Shown here one piece after another: positions 29,916-39,261 of a DNA stretch of 53,987 nucleotides (the first letter of the stretch is position 1; each line of letters starts with the position of its first letter). The translations under genes were made by a program, and so were the position numbers. The DNA is from Gammaproteobacteria bacterium. GTDB taxonomy: Bacteria > Pseudomonadota > Gammaproteobacteria > Pseudomonadales > Azotimanducaceae. The notes under the pieces were generated by a model that saw only the letters and a list, made by a program, of their open reading frames with translations, searched no databases and was not told the DNA's origin. The stretch lies in assembly GCA_012961165.1 (NCBI GenBank), contig DTZW01000398.1, positions 10,264-64,250 of the forward strand. Reading direction: 5' to 3'.

Positions 29916-30453
29916 AGAAATGCGCTCGATAATGCTTTAACTCTTCAATCGATTCCAGGATGTCATCCAGCGCCCGGTGAGCACCTTTTTTTTGATGACT
30001 GGCCGCAATATCGGGTCGCCATCGCACAGCCAGCTCCTTCACGGTGCTGACATCCAGATTACGGTAATGCAGGAAATTCTCTAACTCGGGCATGTACTTC
30101 ACCAGGAATCTTCGATCCTGACCGATGCTGTTTCCACACAAGGGCGATACCCCCGCTGTGGTGTGTTCCTTCAGGAACGCAAGCGTTGAGTGCTCCGCCT
30201 CACGCTCACTGATCCCTTTCTCACGAACCAGATCAATCAACCCGGACTCATTGTGATGCTTGGTGTTCCACTCGTCCATCCCGGCAATCAGATCTTCACT
30301 TTGCCGGACATAAATCACAGGCCCCTGGGCAATAAGATTGAGCTCTGAGTCTGTTACAAGAGTGGCGAGCTCCAATATACGTTCCGCTTCCGGATCCAGC
30401 CCGGTCATCTCCAGATCCATCCACACGAGGTTCTGGTTCGTGCTATTAGTCAT
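29902..30453 (-). CDS. orn: Oligoribonuclease
   Basis: DEDDh exonuclease motifs ([48 protein letters not shown]). The ATG at 30453 gives 183 aa, the usual size. The 3' end overlaps the queG 3' end convergently by 14 nt. Confidence 0.92.
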   Translation of the reverse strand: MTNSTNQNLVWMDLEMTGLDPEAERILELATLVTDSELNLIAQGPVIYVRQSEDLIAGMDEWNTKHHNESGLIDLVREKGISEREAEHSTLAFLKEHTTAGVSPLCGNSIGQDRRFLVKYMPELENFLHYRNLDVSTVKELAVRWRPDIAASHQKKGAHRALDDILESIEELKHYRAHFFKMS

Positions 30454-30579
30454 GTTCTTTCCGAAAAGAGTCGCGGCCAGGACAGCCAAAGGCAGTATGG
30501 TACCTGAAAAACACCTTTCTTCTCCAAGAAGATTTGTAAGTCAGTGTAGAATAAGCGGCGGCCAGAATCGGAACGTCCC

Positions 30580-31398
30580 ATGATACCTCTTGTAATAGAA
30601 CCAAACGCGCTTGCGGAATTGCTTGACGATGAGCCTGAAGGCACCGAATACCTCGTCGTTGACCTCTGTCGGGACGAGAACTACCAGCGCCACCACATAC
30701 CTGGCGCAGTCCACATCTCACCGTCCGAACTGGTCTCGGGCGAACAGCCTGCGGTCGGCAAACTCCCTCCTTTAGACAGACTGGAAAACCTTTTCTCGCG
30801 TATCGGTTACGATCCGGGAAAACACATCATCGCCTACGACGACGAAGGCGGCGGTTGGGCAGGCCGTTTTATATGGACCCTGGATGTTGTCGGACATAAA
30901 AACAGCTCCTACCTGAACGGGGGACTTATTGCTTGGGCTGACGACCAGCTTCCATTGACAGCAAGCGCAACGGAAACCAAAGAAACAAGCGTCTCCCTGA
31001 CTATTCACCCTGAATTTATCGCCGAGAAAGAAGAGGTATTGGCCTCGCTTAATGACGCCAACACCCAAATCTGGGACGCTAGATCACCTGAAGAGTACAT
31101 GGGGGAAAAAGTCTTTGCCGCGCGCGGTGGACACATCCCAGGTGCGATTAATTTTGACTGGTTGGAGCTGATGGACAGGCAAAAAGGGCTACGACTTCGG
31201 CAAGACATCGCCAATTTAGTCAGCGCAAAAGGATTTGAGTCCTCAAGTAAAATTATTACCCATTGTCAGACACATCATCGATCAGGGCTCACCTACCTGG
31301 TCGGAAAGGTTCTTGATCTCAATATTAAGGCTTATCATGGATCCTGGGCAGAATGGGGAAACGATTCAGATACGCCAATAGATAACCCGGCAGCCTGA
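30580..31398 (+). CDS. Tandem-rhodanese-domain sulfurtransferase (thiosulfate/3-mercaptopyruvate type)
   Basis: 272 aa with two rhodanese folds. The active-site loop CQTHHRSG is in the second domain. Upstream of psd, as with rhdA in pseudomonads. Confidence 0.85.
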   Translation: MIPLVIEPNALAELLDDEPEGTEYLVVDLCRDENYQRHHIPGAVHISPSELVSGEQPAVGKLPPLDRLENLFSRIGYDPGKHIIAYDDEGGGWAGRFIWTLDVVGHKNSSYLNGGLIAWADDQLPLTASATETKETSVSLTIHPEFIAEKEEVLASLNDANTQIWDARSPEEYMGEKVFAARGGHIPGAINFDWLELMDRQKGLRLRQDIANLVSAKGFESSSKIITHCQTHHRSGLTYLVGKVLDLNIKAYHGSWAEWGNDSDTPIDNPAA

Positions 31399-31402
31399 CC
31401 CC

Positions 31403-32197
31403 GTGTTTGCTTTTCTTCAACGACTCATCCCCAAACATTTCCTTAGCAGGGTCGTAGGATCTGTTGCCAAAAGCGAGCTGCCTTTGATCAAAGGTTTGTT
31501 CATTAACATATTCTGTATGCTCTACAGGATTGACCTGGGTGAAGCACAGCGAGAAAAAGCATCCGATTACCGATCCTTCAGCGACTTTTTTACCAGATCC
31601 CTGAAGCCCGGAAGGCGAACTATCCAGGGCACCGTCAGCAGCCCCGCAGACGGGACCGTCGCAGCACTGGGTAATATTGATGGTGATACCCTCATCCAGT
31701 CAAAGAATCATTCTTACTCACTGGCAAAACTCCTCGCCAGCAACGACATTGACGATTTTGCAGCCGGCTCCTTCATCACGATCTACCTTGCCCCTCACAA
31801 CTACCACCGGGTGCATGTGCCATGGGCAGGAGAACTTCACCACGCGACCTATGTCCCCGGAGACCTTTTTTCGGTCAACCAATCAACAGCTTTGCACCTG
31901 CCTGACCTTTTCGCGAGAAATGAGCGATTAGTCTGCAGGTTCCGGACCGACACTGGCCCCACAGCTGCTGTGTTGGTAGGCGCCATGCTGGTTGCGGCTA
32001 TCAAACCTGCCTGGCTTGACGAGGCCTACAAGCCAAGGTTACAGATCACCACCGAAATGAAACGTGTCTTTCACCAAGGCGATGAACTCGGTCAATTTGA
32101 AATGGGTTCCACAGTAATTCTGGTCTTCAAGGAACGAATGGCTTTCTCTGTGAAAGAAGGCGAGCAGGTGAAATACGGCCAATCGATCGTTTCTTAG
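31403..32197 (+). CDS. psd: Phosphatidylserine decarboxylase proenzyme
   Basis: 264 aa with YHRVHVP and the autocleavage region GQFEMGSTVILVF (GST). Confidence 0.92.
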   Translation: MFAFLQRLIPKHFLSRVVGSVAKSELPLIKGLFINIFCMLYRIDLGEAQREKASDYRSFSDFFTRSLKPGRRTIQGTVSSPADGTVAALGNIDGDTLIQSKNHSYSLAKLLASNDIDDFAAGSFITIYLAPHNYHRVHVPWAGELHHATYVPGDLFSVNQSTALHLPDLFARNERLVCRFRTDTGPTAAVLVGAMLVAAIKPAWLDEAYKPRLQITTEMKRVFHQGDELGQFEMGSTVILVFKERMAFSVKEGEQVKYGQSIVS

Positions 32198-32204
32198 TCA
32201 GATA

Positions 32205-33044
32205 TTACACGCCAGCGATATCTTCAAGGCCTCTTAACGCCATCGTTAACCGATCAATGCCCAGCGCCACACCTGCACATCTCGGGAGATCATCAATGAC
32301 GGCGAGCAACTCCATGTCATCTTCGATTATCGGCTTGCCGGTTAATCGCCGTTGCTTGTTGTTCTCTGCAAATCGTCGAGTTAGCTCTTGCCCATCACAC
32401 AGTTCCTGGTAGGCATTAGCGATTTCAACACCACCCACATAGAGTTCAAAACGATCGCTAACCAGATCACCCGTCGACAGTTGTTTTGTTTCCGCGAGCG
32501 CTGCCTGACACGCAGGAAAGTCATAAACGATCGTCGGCGCCAATAGCTGTGGTTCGATAGCATACGAAAACACCGCGTCCAGATAGTCACCCAGCGTAGA
32601 GCGCTCATCCAGGTGCGCTGTGATTCCCGGAGCGACAAGCCCAGCCAGCCCCTCAACCCCTAACGGGTGGGGGTTTACCTTGAGATGTTTTTCGAACAAC
32701 TCGCGGTATGAATAGCGATCATTGATCCGGCTAATTGGTTGAATGCTGTACTTCTCCATCTGCTTGCCGACATACTTCAGCATAGCCTGAAGGTCATCCA
32801 TCAGTTCAGCCAGGGAGTGATCGCATCGATACCATTCCAGCATTTGGAATTCCACACGATGACGTCGACCGATTTCTCCACCCCGATAAGCGGGACAAAT
32901 TTGGAAAATGCTGAGTCGATGCTCGGCAAGAAGGCACTTCATTGCATATTCGGGCGAGGTCTGGAGATACCCCTGCCGCCCCACCTGAATATTCTCCAGG
33001 TGGGTTTCGCTTGATCCAGTTAACCTGAGCGTGGCGGTTGTCAC
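32205..33044 (-). CDS. epmA: EF-P-lysine lysyltransferase EpmA (PoxA/GenX); 5' end unresolved
   Basis: Class II aaRS-like core (LQTSPEYAMKCLL, RGGEIGRRHRVEFQMLEWY, FELYVGGVEIANAY, GVALGIDRL). The track ORF starts at a GTG inside the conserved ...VLEV(E)T.. segment. The homologous frame continues open upstream to the efp stop without any ATG, GTG or TTG (see finding). Confidence 0.85.
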   Translation of the reverse strand: MTTATLRLTGSSETHLENIQVGRQGYLQTSPEYAMKCLLAEHRLSIFQICPAYRGGEIGRRHRVEFQMLEWYRCDHSLAELMDDLQAMLKYVGKQMEKYSIQPISRINDRYSYRELFEKHLKVNPHPLGVEGLAGLVAPGITAHLDERSTLGDYLDAVFSYAIEPQLLAPTIVYDFPACQAALAETKQLSTGDLVSDRFELYVGGVEIANAYQELCDGQELTRRFAENNKQRRLTGKPIIEDDMELLAVIDDLPRCAGVALGIDRLTMALRGLEDIAGV

Positions 33045-33145
33045 CTCAAGGACTTCTTTAGAATAAAAGTAATCCCTGATTGAGCGCAGTAGCCTGCTTC
33101 TGAACTCGAGGCGAGATCGACCTCTCTGTTCATCGCCCTGGCTGA

Positions 33146-33718
33146 TTACTGTTTTACCCGGTTCTGGTATTCAGCTGTACGGGTATCGACTCGAACCACT
33201 TCCCCGATATTAATAAAGAGCGGCACTTTTACGACTGCACCCGTACTTAATGTCGCCGGCTTAGTGCCACCCTGAGCCGTATCACCTTTTAAACCAGGGT
33301 CAGTTTCTGCGACTTCCAGTTCCACAAAATTAGCCGGTGCCACCGCAATGGGAACCTCGTCCCAAAGAGTCACGGTAACCTTATCCGTCTCTTTCAACCA
33401 TCGAATGCTGTCTTCAACTGCCGCTTGATCGGCGGCGAGCTGCTCATAGCTGCCATCAGTTTTCATAAAATGCCAGTACTGGCCGTCCGCATAGAGATAC
33501 TCCATGTCATGCTCCATCACATCGGCACCTTCAAGCGATTCCCCGGACTTGAATGTCCTTTCCCAGACCCGTCCTGTTTTCAGGTTTTTAAGCCTGACGC
33601 GATTAAACGCCTGGCCTTTCCCCGGTTTAACGAATTCATTTTCAACAATGTTGCACGGATCTCCTTCCAGCATGACCTTAAGACCCGACTTGAATTCGTT
33701 GGTAGAATAACTTGCCAT
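33146..33718 (-). CDS. efp: Elongation factor P (Lys34 type)
   Basis: 190 aa. [18 protein letters not shown] carries the conserved modifiable lysine in the KPGKGQA loop. Near-identical architecture to E. coli EF-P. Confidence 0.96.
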   Translation of the reverse strand: MASYSTNEFKSGLKVMLEGDPCNIVENEFVKPGKGQAFNRVRLKNLKTGRVWERTFKSGESLEGADVMEHDMEYLYADGQYWHFMKTDGSYEQLAADQAAVEDSIRWLKETDKVTVTLWDEVPIAVAPANFVELEVAETDPGLKGDTAQGGTKPATLSTGAVVKVPLFINIGEVVRVDTRTAEYQNRVKQ

Positions 33719-33736
33719 TAATCCTCTTCCCTAGAT

Positions 33737-34747
33737 TTGCATATGACAATGATAACCCTAAGCGAAGCCGGTTCCCACGACCAGCCTTGGCAATGGCACT
33801 TGCAACATGCGATCAGGAGTATTCCTGCGTTGGCATCTCACCTGGGTGTCCAACTGGATGATATAGACCAGGATTTCCCCTTGCTGGCACCGAGGCCCTA
33901 TCTGGATCGCATCGTGAACGGCGATGCCTCTGATCCACTCCTGCTACAGATACTTCCAAGGTCACAGGAAAACGAATCCGGACCACAGTATTTCAGGGAT
34001 CCTCTGCAGGAAGGAAATTTGATCACCCGGACCCGCGGGCTGATTCAAAAATACAATGGCCGTGCGCTTGTGATCACCACCGGCGCTTGTGCTATTAATT
34101 GTCGCTACTGTTTCCGCCGCCATTTCCCCTATGGCGAGAACAATCCCTCGAGCTCTAACTGGACTGGAATCTATCAGCACCTCGCCAGCGACACATCACT
34201 CTCGGAGGTGATCCTGAGTGGCGGGGATCCATTAATCCTTGGTGATCGCCAGTTAAGCGACATCATCACAAAACTCGATTCCATCGAGACCATCGATACA
34301 ATCCGACTGCATACCCGGCTACCGGTAGTGATCCCCCAGCGAATTTGTCCGGAGTTGCTTGATTGGGTAAATCGATGTCACAAAAAAGTTGTCTTTGTGT
34401 TGCACACTAACCACCCCAACGAAATCGATGACCACGTCGTTGATGCAGTTAGCGCACTTCGAGATGCTGGAGCTACCTTACTCAACCAGAGTGTTTTGCT
34501 GCGCGACGTCAATAACTCGCCAGAGGTACTCGTGAAGCTGTCGAGACAATTGTTTGACGCGGGTGTGCTGCCTTATTATCTGCATCTTCTTGACCCCGTA
34601 GCAGGCGCGCAGCATTTCGATGTTCCGGAAGTCGAGGGAGTCAACCTAATACGACAAATATCCGGCCAGTTGCCAGGATACCTTGTCCCCAGGCTTGCAA
34701 GAGAAATATCTGGCGCTGACGCTAAACAGGTTATCGCTGGGCAATGA
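33737..34747 (+). CDS. epmB: EF-P beta-lysylation protein EpmB (lysine 2,3-aminomutase-like radical SAM)
   Basis: 336 aa with the radical-SAM cluster motif CAINCRYCFRR and the KamA-family signature LSGGDPL. Divergent from efp. The exact start among TTG/ATG codons at 33737-33749 is uncertain. Confidence 0.92.
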   Translation: MHMTMITLSEAGSHDQPWQWHLQHAIRSIPALASHLGVQLDDIDQDFPLLAPRPYLDRIVNGDASDPLLLQILPRSQENESGPQYFRDPLQEGNLITRTRGLIQKYNGRALVITTGACAINCRYCFRRHFPYGENNPSSSNWTGIYQHLASDTSLSEVILSGGDPLILGDRQLSDIITKLDSIETIDTIRLHTRLPVVIPQRICPELLDWVNRCHKKVVFVLHTNHPNEIDDHVVDAVSALRDAGATLLNQSVLLRDVNNSPEVLVKLSRQLFDAGVLPYYLHLLDPVAGAQHFDVPEVEGVNLIRQISGQLPGYLVPRLAREISGADAKQVIAGQ

Positions 34748-34815
34748 TTTGCGAAGGACTCACCTTTCGCGGACATCCCATATGGTATAGTTTACGCTTG
34801 ATCCAAGGGACGTAA

Positions 34816-36897
34816 ATGAGCGACAAAGAACCCATTCGATTGCTGATTCTGGAACAATCCCTAAATCGCGCAGAGGAGCTTATTGTCTTGCTAAGATCGG
34901 CAGGACGCGCAACTCGCGCCCACCAGATCGGATCCGATGCAGATTTCTTAGCAAAAATTTCCGAACAGCCTTGGGACTTGATCCTGGCGGCCAACGAGGC
35001 CAACGGATTTACGATACAGTCGGTGATTTCCCAGCTGCAAATGCTGGATAAAGATATACCCGTTATCATGCTCGCCGATAACCGCGATCCTGGATCAATC
35101 ACCCAAGGCCTGAAAATGGGTGCCATCGATGTGGCACTCGACGATGACGATGAACGACTGCTACTGCTAATCCAGCGCGAGCTGAAGAATCTTGAGACCA
35201 GGCGCCAGAAACGAAGGGCCGAGGTCGAGCTGAAAGAAACAGACAGAAGAAACAACCTGCTCCTCGATTCATCCACAACTGCGATCGCCTATGTTCATGA
35301 AGGCATGCATATCTACACCAACCAGGCCTATGCGGACCTGTTTGGATATGAGGACCCGGATGAGTATGCCGGCATTCCCATCATTGACCTGATCGCCAAA
35401 GAGGATCAGGGAAAGTTTAAAACTTTCCTAAAATCCCTTGATAGGGATGAAACCCAGGAAGCAGAATTTGGTTGCGTCGATAACGAGGGGGCAACCATTT
35501 TGACGAAACTCACCATGTCACCCGCCACCTACGATAGCGAGCCCTGCACGCAGGCCATCTTTAAACCACTTGTAGATTCGTCCGAACTCGAGGACAGGAT
35601 TAAGGAAATATCCAGCCAGGATCTTTTGACCGGCCTGTTCAACAGGCAGTACTTCATTGAAGTACTCGACCAGGCTGTTGATAACGCAAACCAGGGAAAA
35701 CAATCTTCCATTATCTTCTACATGGTTATAGACCATTTCCCTCGCATTCGTTCTGATGCGGGCATTTCAAACGCCGATCTCGTATTGGGGGATCTGGCCT
35801 CTGTGATACGCGGTAAAGTCCCGGATGATCACTTGATAGCCCGTTTCGGGGATGATGTTTTTACGTTACTGATTGAGGGCAACGATAAAGCTGCGGCCGA
35901 AGAGTTGGCCGAAACCATTCGGACCACGGCTGAGGAGCATATGTTCGAGGCATCCGGTAAAAATTACCAGGTGACACTCAGTATCGGACTTTCAATGATT
36001 GCCGAGAACACCTCTACTGTTGAACAAGCAATATCCCGGGCATACCAGGCATCTGACTCAATCGAGGAGGGGAATGCCATTGCTTTCTATGAGCCGAAAA
36101 ATCCTACTGTCGGAGAAGGCGGCCAGTCCATATCTGCAGATACACTGAAGGCTCTTGTAAGCCATGCACTTGACGAGGACCAGTTCAAACTCAATTTCCA
36201 GCCTATTATTTCACTACACGGGGAAGATGAAGAACAGTTCGAAGTGTTACTCAGGCTGCCGGATGCAGAGGGTAACGCTCTTAGACCAGCCCAGTTTATG
36301 GGGTCGGCAGAGGATGCAGGATTACTTCAAAAGATTGACAGGTGGGTCGTTTTTCATGCTATCAAACAACTGGCAAAACAGAGAGAAGCCGGCGGGAAGG
36401 CGCGTCTGTTCATTAATGTCAGTCACAAAACACTGGCCGATGAAGAATTCCTGCCTTGGATGAGTGTCTCCCTGAAGGCTTCCAGGCTTGCAAGCGATAG
36501 CATCGTCTTCCAGTTACATGAGAATGATGCGACTTCCTACATCAAGCAGGCAGCCAAGTTCACGAAGGGTTTACAGGAACTGCATATCAAATCTTCCATC
36601 AACCATTTCGGTTGTTCTCTTAACCCGTTCAATCTGCTCAAACACCTGACCCCGGATATTGTAAAACTGGATGGTTCTTTCGCAAACGAGATTGAAAAAA
36701 ACGAAGAAAAGCGGGAAGAACTCATCAAAATAGTTCGGTCCCTTCAGGCGTCCGGCGTTCTGACTGCGATCTCCGGCGTGGAAGACCCTTCGACCCTGCC
36801 GACGCTGTTTATGACGGGTATTAATTACATTCAGGGCAACTACATTTCTGAGCCACTTGATGACATAGACTACGATTTTTCTTCGGAAGGTCTCTAG
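34816..36897 (+). CDS. fimX: FimX-type c-di-GMP receptor: degenerate REC, PAS, degenerate GGDEF (GDDVF), degenerate EAL (EVL)
   Basis: 693 aa. Collinear with my recollection of P. aeruginosa FimX: IRLLILE..., SAGRATRAH, WDLILAA, ERLLLLIQRELKNLETRR, LLLDSSTTAIAYVHEGMHIYTNQAY, SPATYDSEPC, RFGDDVF, FEVLLRL, KIDRWV, INHFGCSLNPFN, DYDFSS at the C-terminus. serB is the neighbour, as in Pseudomonas. Confidence 0.85.
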   Translation: MSDKEPIRLLILEQSLNRAEELIVLLRSAGRATRAHQIGSDADFLAKISEQPWDLILAANEANGFTIQSVISQLQMLDKDIPVIMLADNRDPGSITQGLKMGAIDVALDDDDERLLLLIQRELKNLETRRQKRRAEVELKETDRRNNLLLDSSTTAIAYVHEGMHIYTNQAYADLFGYEDPDEYAGIPIIDLIAKEDQGKFKTFLKSLDRDETQEAEFGCVDNEGATILTKLTMSPATYDSEPCTQAIFKPLVDSSELEDRIKEISSQDLLTGLFNRQYFIEVLDQAVDNANQGKQSSIIFYMVIDHFPRIRSDAGISNADLVLGDLASVIRGKVPDDHLIARFGDDVFTLLIEGNDKAAAEELAETIRTTAEEHMFEASGKNYQVTLSIGLSMIAENTSTVEQAISRAYQASDSIEEGNAIAFYEPKNPTVGEGGQSISADTLKALVSHALDEDQFKLNFQPIISLHGEDEEQFEVLLRLPDAEGNALRPAQFMGSAEDAGLLQKIDRWVVFHAIKQLAKQREAGGKARLFINVSHKTLADEEFLPWMSVSLKASRLASDSIVFQLHENDATSYIKQAAKFTKGLQELHIKSSINHFGCSLNPFNLLKHLTPDIVKLDGSFANEIEKNEEKREELIKIVRSLQASGVLTAISGVEDPSTLPTLFMTGINYIQGNYISEPLDDIDYDFSSEGL

Positions 36898-36916
36898 AAA
36901 GCCATAACGGTCTCCT

Positions 36917-38122
36917 CTAGATATGATGCAATTCCTTGTCCCTGATTCCCATCAGGTAAAGAAGACTATCCAGGCCTAGTGTAGAGATAGCGTGACCTGC
37001 ACTTTCCCTGACAAGGGGTTTGGCATGAAAGGCAATTCCAAGCCCTGCAATGTCCAGCATCGCTAGATCGTTTGCGCCATCACCAACCGCAATCGTTTGT
37101 TGAAGCGATATTCCTTCCTTATCAGCTAATTGCTTCAAAAGGTCTGCTTTACGGTCTGCATCCACGATGGGGCTGAGAACACGCCCGGTGAGAACCCCGT
37201 CTGCTATTTCCAACTCGTTAGCATAGACATAATCAACGCCGAGTTTTTCCTGTAACAACTTGCCAAAGTAGCTGAATCCGCCGGATAATATCGCTGTTTT
37301 GTATCCAAGGTGATTCAGCGTCTTGAAAAGGTGCTCGGCACCTTCCATCAACGGTAATCGATCTGCGACTTTCGCAAGGGCGCTAACGGGAAGTCCCCTG
37401 AGAAGCTCCACGCGTTTTGCAAGGCTCATCGAAAAATCCAACTCCCCGGCCATTGCCCTTGATGTGATATCAGCAACCTCGGCACCCACTCCAGCTTCAA
37501 CCGCCAGCTCGTCGATAACTTCTGTCTTGATAAGCGTCGAATCCATATCAAAAGCTATGAGCCTTCGGTTCCTTCTATAGATCCCATCTTCCTGGACTGC
37601 CACATCGATATCCAGATCCGCGCAAACTGCCAACAGTTGCTCCCGGAAGGGTTCATCGGGTTCCCCGCGTAAGGAAAACTCTACGCAGGCTTTTGATATC
37701 TCTCCTGATTCATGTAACGGCACCCGGCCAGAGAGCCGAATAATGTTGTCAATATTGAGGCCACTTGCTGCGATGATTTCACACACTATCGCTATATGTG
37801 AAGCTTTGATACGCCGTGCCAGCAGCGTCAGAATATAACGGGATGCACCCTGTAGTCCGACCCATTGCTCATAACTTTCTTCAGAAACAGGGGTGAACCT
37901 GACCAGGACGCCCAATCGCTCAGATTGCTCACGCAATGCTTCAAGAACGTCTTCAAGAATGCCCGGCACATTGACCAGAATCCCTAGAGACAGGTGATTG
38001 TGGATAACCGACTGGCCGACGTCGAGAATATCGACGTCAAGACTACCTAACAATTTTGAAATCGTTGCGGTGATACCTGGTTTGTCTTCACCCGACACAC
38101 TGATCAACACCAGCTCGTTCAT
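36917..38122 (-). CDS. serB: Phosphoserine phosphatase SerB with N-terminal ACT-like domains
   Basis: HAD motifs IAFDMDSTLI and GDGANDL. The N-terminal regulatory region reads LISVSGEDKPGITA. The ATG at 38122 is preceded by AAGGAG and gives 401 aa. The track ORF's additional 28 codons lack support. Confidence 0.9.
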   Translation of the reverse strand: MNELVLISVSGEDKPGITATISKLLGSLDVDILDVGQSVIHNHLSLGILVNVPGILEDVLEALREQSERLGVLVRFTPVSEESYEQWVGLQGASRYILTLLARRIKASHIAIVCEIIAASGLNIDNIIRLSGRVPLHESGEISKACVEFSLRGEPDEPFREQLLAVCADLDIDVAVQEDGIYRRNRRLIAFDMDSTLIKTEVIDELAVEAGVGAEVADITSRAMAGELDFSMSLAKRVELLRGLPVSALAKVADRLPLMEGAEHLFKTLNHLGYKTAILSGGFSYFGKLLQEKLGVDYVYANELEIADGVLTGRVLSPIVDADRKADLLKQLADKEGISLQQTIAVGDGANDLAMLDIAGLGIAFHAKPLVRESAGHAISTLGLDSLLYLMGIRDKELHHI

Positions 38123-38232
38123 GGAGGCTCCTTTGAGAGTCCGTATTATGCGGCAAACGTTAGCAGTAGCAATGTTGCGGGGTTCGTTATCGGCTATACT
38201 CTGCAACGATTTTATTACCTACCGCGAGATCC

Positions 38233-39261
38233 ATGACTGACGGGAAACGCCCCAGGAAGCGTCGGCTCACAGCCCTCCTCGTTGTACTTCCACTTCTCGC
38301 TGGCGGGCTCGTATTCTTCACTATTACCCAATATCAGGCGAGAGTAGTCGAATTGGAGCAATCCCGATTTGGCCAGTCATCAGCACGGCAGTTGGCCGCA
38401 CAGGTGGCAAGCTACGTAGTAGAAGACAACCTACTTTCACTTAACGTCATCGTCGCACAACTCACCCGCAATGAACCCCTTCAGTTCGTCGCCATCTACG
38501 ATGAAAGTAACCAGCTGATCGTCCAGAGCGGCAAGGAAGAACGAACAAACACATCCTATACCGCAGAAGTGACTTTTCAGGATTCCCTGGTCGGCCGGGT
38601 TCGAATGACAGTTTCACACGCCGAAACAGACAAGCAGTTGCTAGGTTGGATTCTATTGATGCTTGCCGCGGGGTACAGCTTTCTGGTCTGGCGATTTGCA
38701 ACATCAATAACCAGCTGGGTTAACCACGGGACTCAATCCGAACCGGTGGCCAACCAGGTACTTGAAACGCCACCGCAAACTGATCACGGCCCTACTGAAG
38801 AATGCATACTCGTCGTTAGAATCCGGCCTGCAAGACACCTGAAGCAACACTTCGACAAGTTTTTCAAGGCGGCAAACCTATACGGGGGTATCGTTGAGCA
38901 AACCACGCCCGAAGAACTGGTCATTCATTTTGACAGCTCGGATGCCATGTACATGGCGACCTGCTCTGGCCTGTTAATCCAGAAGATAGCAGCTAAAGTG
39001 AACGGCAAGATCGCGTTTGGCGGTACCCTGGACCTGCTGAACGAAGAACCAGAAAAAATTCGCAAAGCTGCAAGCTATCTTGCGTCAATTGCAGAGGGCA
39101 ACCTGATCGCTGCTCATGGCTATTCACCCTTGTCGGACCGGGTTGAATTACAATCCTTTCACCATGCGCTGGTGGACTCAAAGGGCCTGTTAAGAATCGC
39201 GGGACTAATCAATCCTGAACTGCTCAATAATCAGGCGAGCCAGCTTGCGACTCCTGGCTAG
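38233..39261 (+). CDS. Two-TM membrane protein of unknown function (N-terminal part possibly Smp/YtjB-like) with a roughly 170-aa cytoplasmic C-terminal domain
   Basis: 342 aa. Basic N-terminus, then TM1 ([18 protein letters not shown]), a periplasmic segment of about 100 aa, TM2 ([18 protein letters not shown]), and a soluble C-terminal domain. Divergent from serB, the position where E. coli has ytjB/smp. Confidence 0.6.
   Translation: MTDGKRPRKRRLTALLVVLPLLAGGLVFFTITQYQARVVELEQSRFGQSSARQLAAQVASYVVEDNLLSLNVIVAQLTRNEPLQFVAIYDESNQLIVQSGKEERTNTSYTAEVTFQDSLVGRVRMTVSHAETDKQLLGWILLMLAAGYSFLVWRFATSITSWVNHGTQSEPVANQVLETPPQTDHGPTEECILVVRIRPARHLKQHFDKFFKAANLYGGIVEQTTPEELVIHFDSSDAMYMATCSGLLIQKIAAKVNGKIAFGGTLDLLNEEPEKIRKAASYLASIAEGNLIAAHGYSPLSDRVELQSFHHALVDSKGLLRIAGLINPELLNNQASQLATPG

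Noticed and set aside
33100-33133. Programmed ribosomal frameshift joining the 33133 ATG frame to the epmA frame
   Set aside because: There is no slippery heptamer (X XXY YYZ) or homopolymer run in ATGAACAGAGAGGTCGATCTCGCCTCGAG, and no obvious downstream stimulatory structure. An indel or a non-canonical start is more parsimonious.
34731-35276. 181-aa serine-rich ORF on the minus strand
   Set aside because: It lies entirely antisense to the well-supported fimX 5' region. The low-complexity Ser/Arg composition is typical of the reverse frame of an acidic coding sequence, and there is no recognisable motif.
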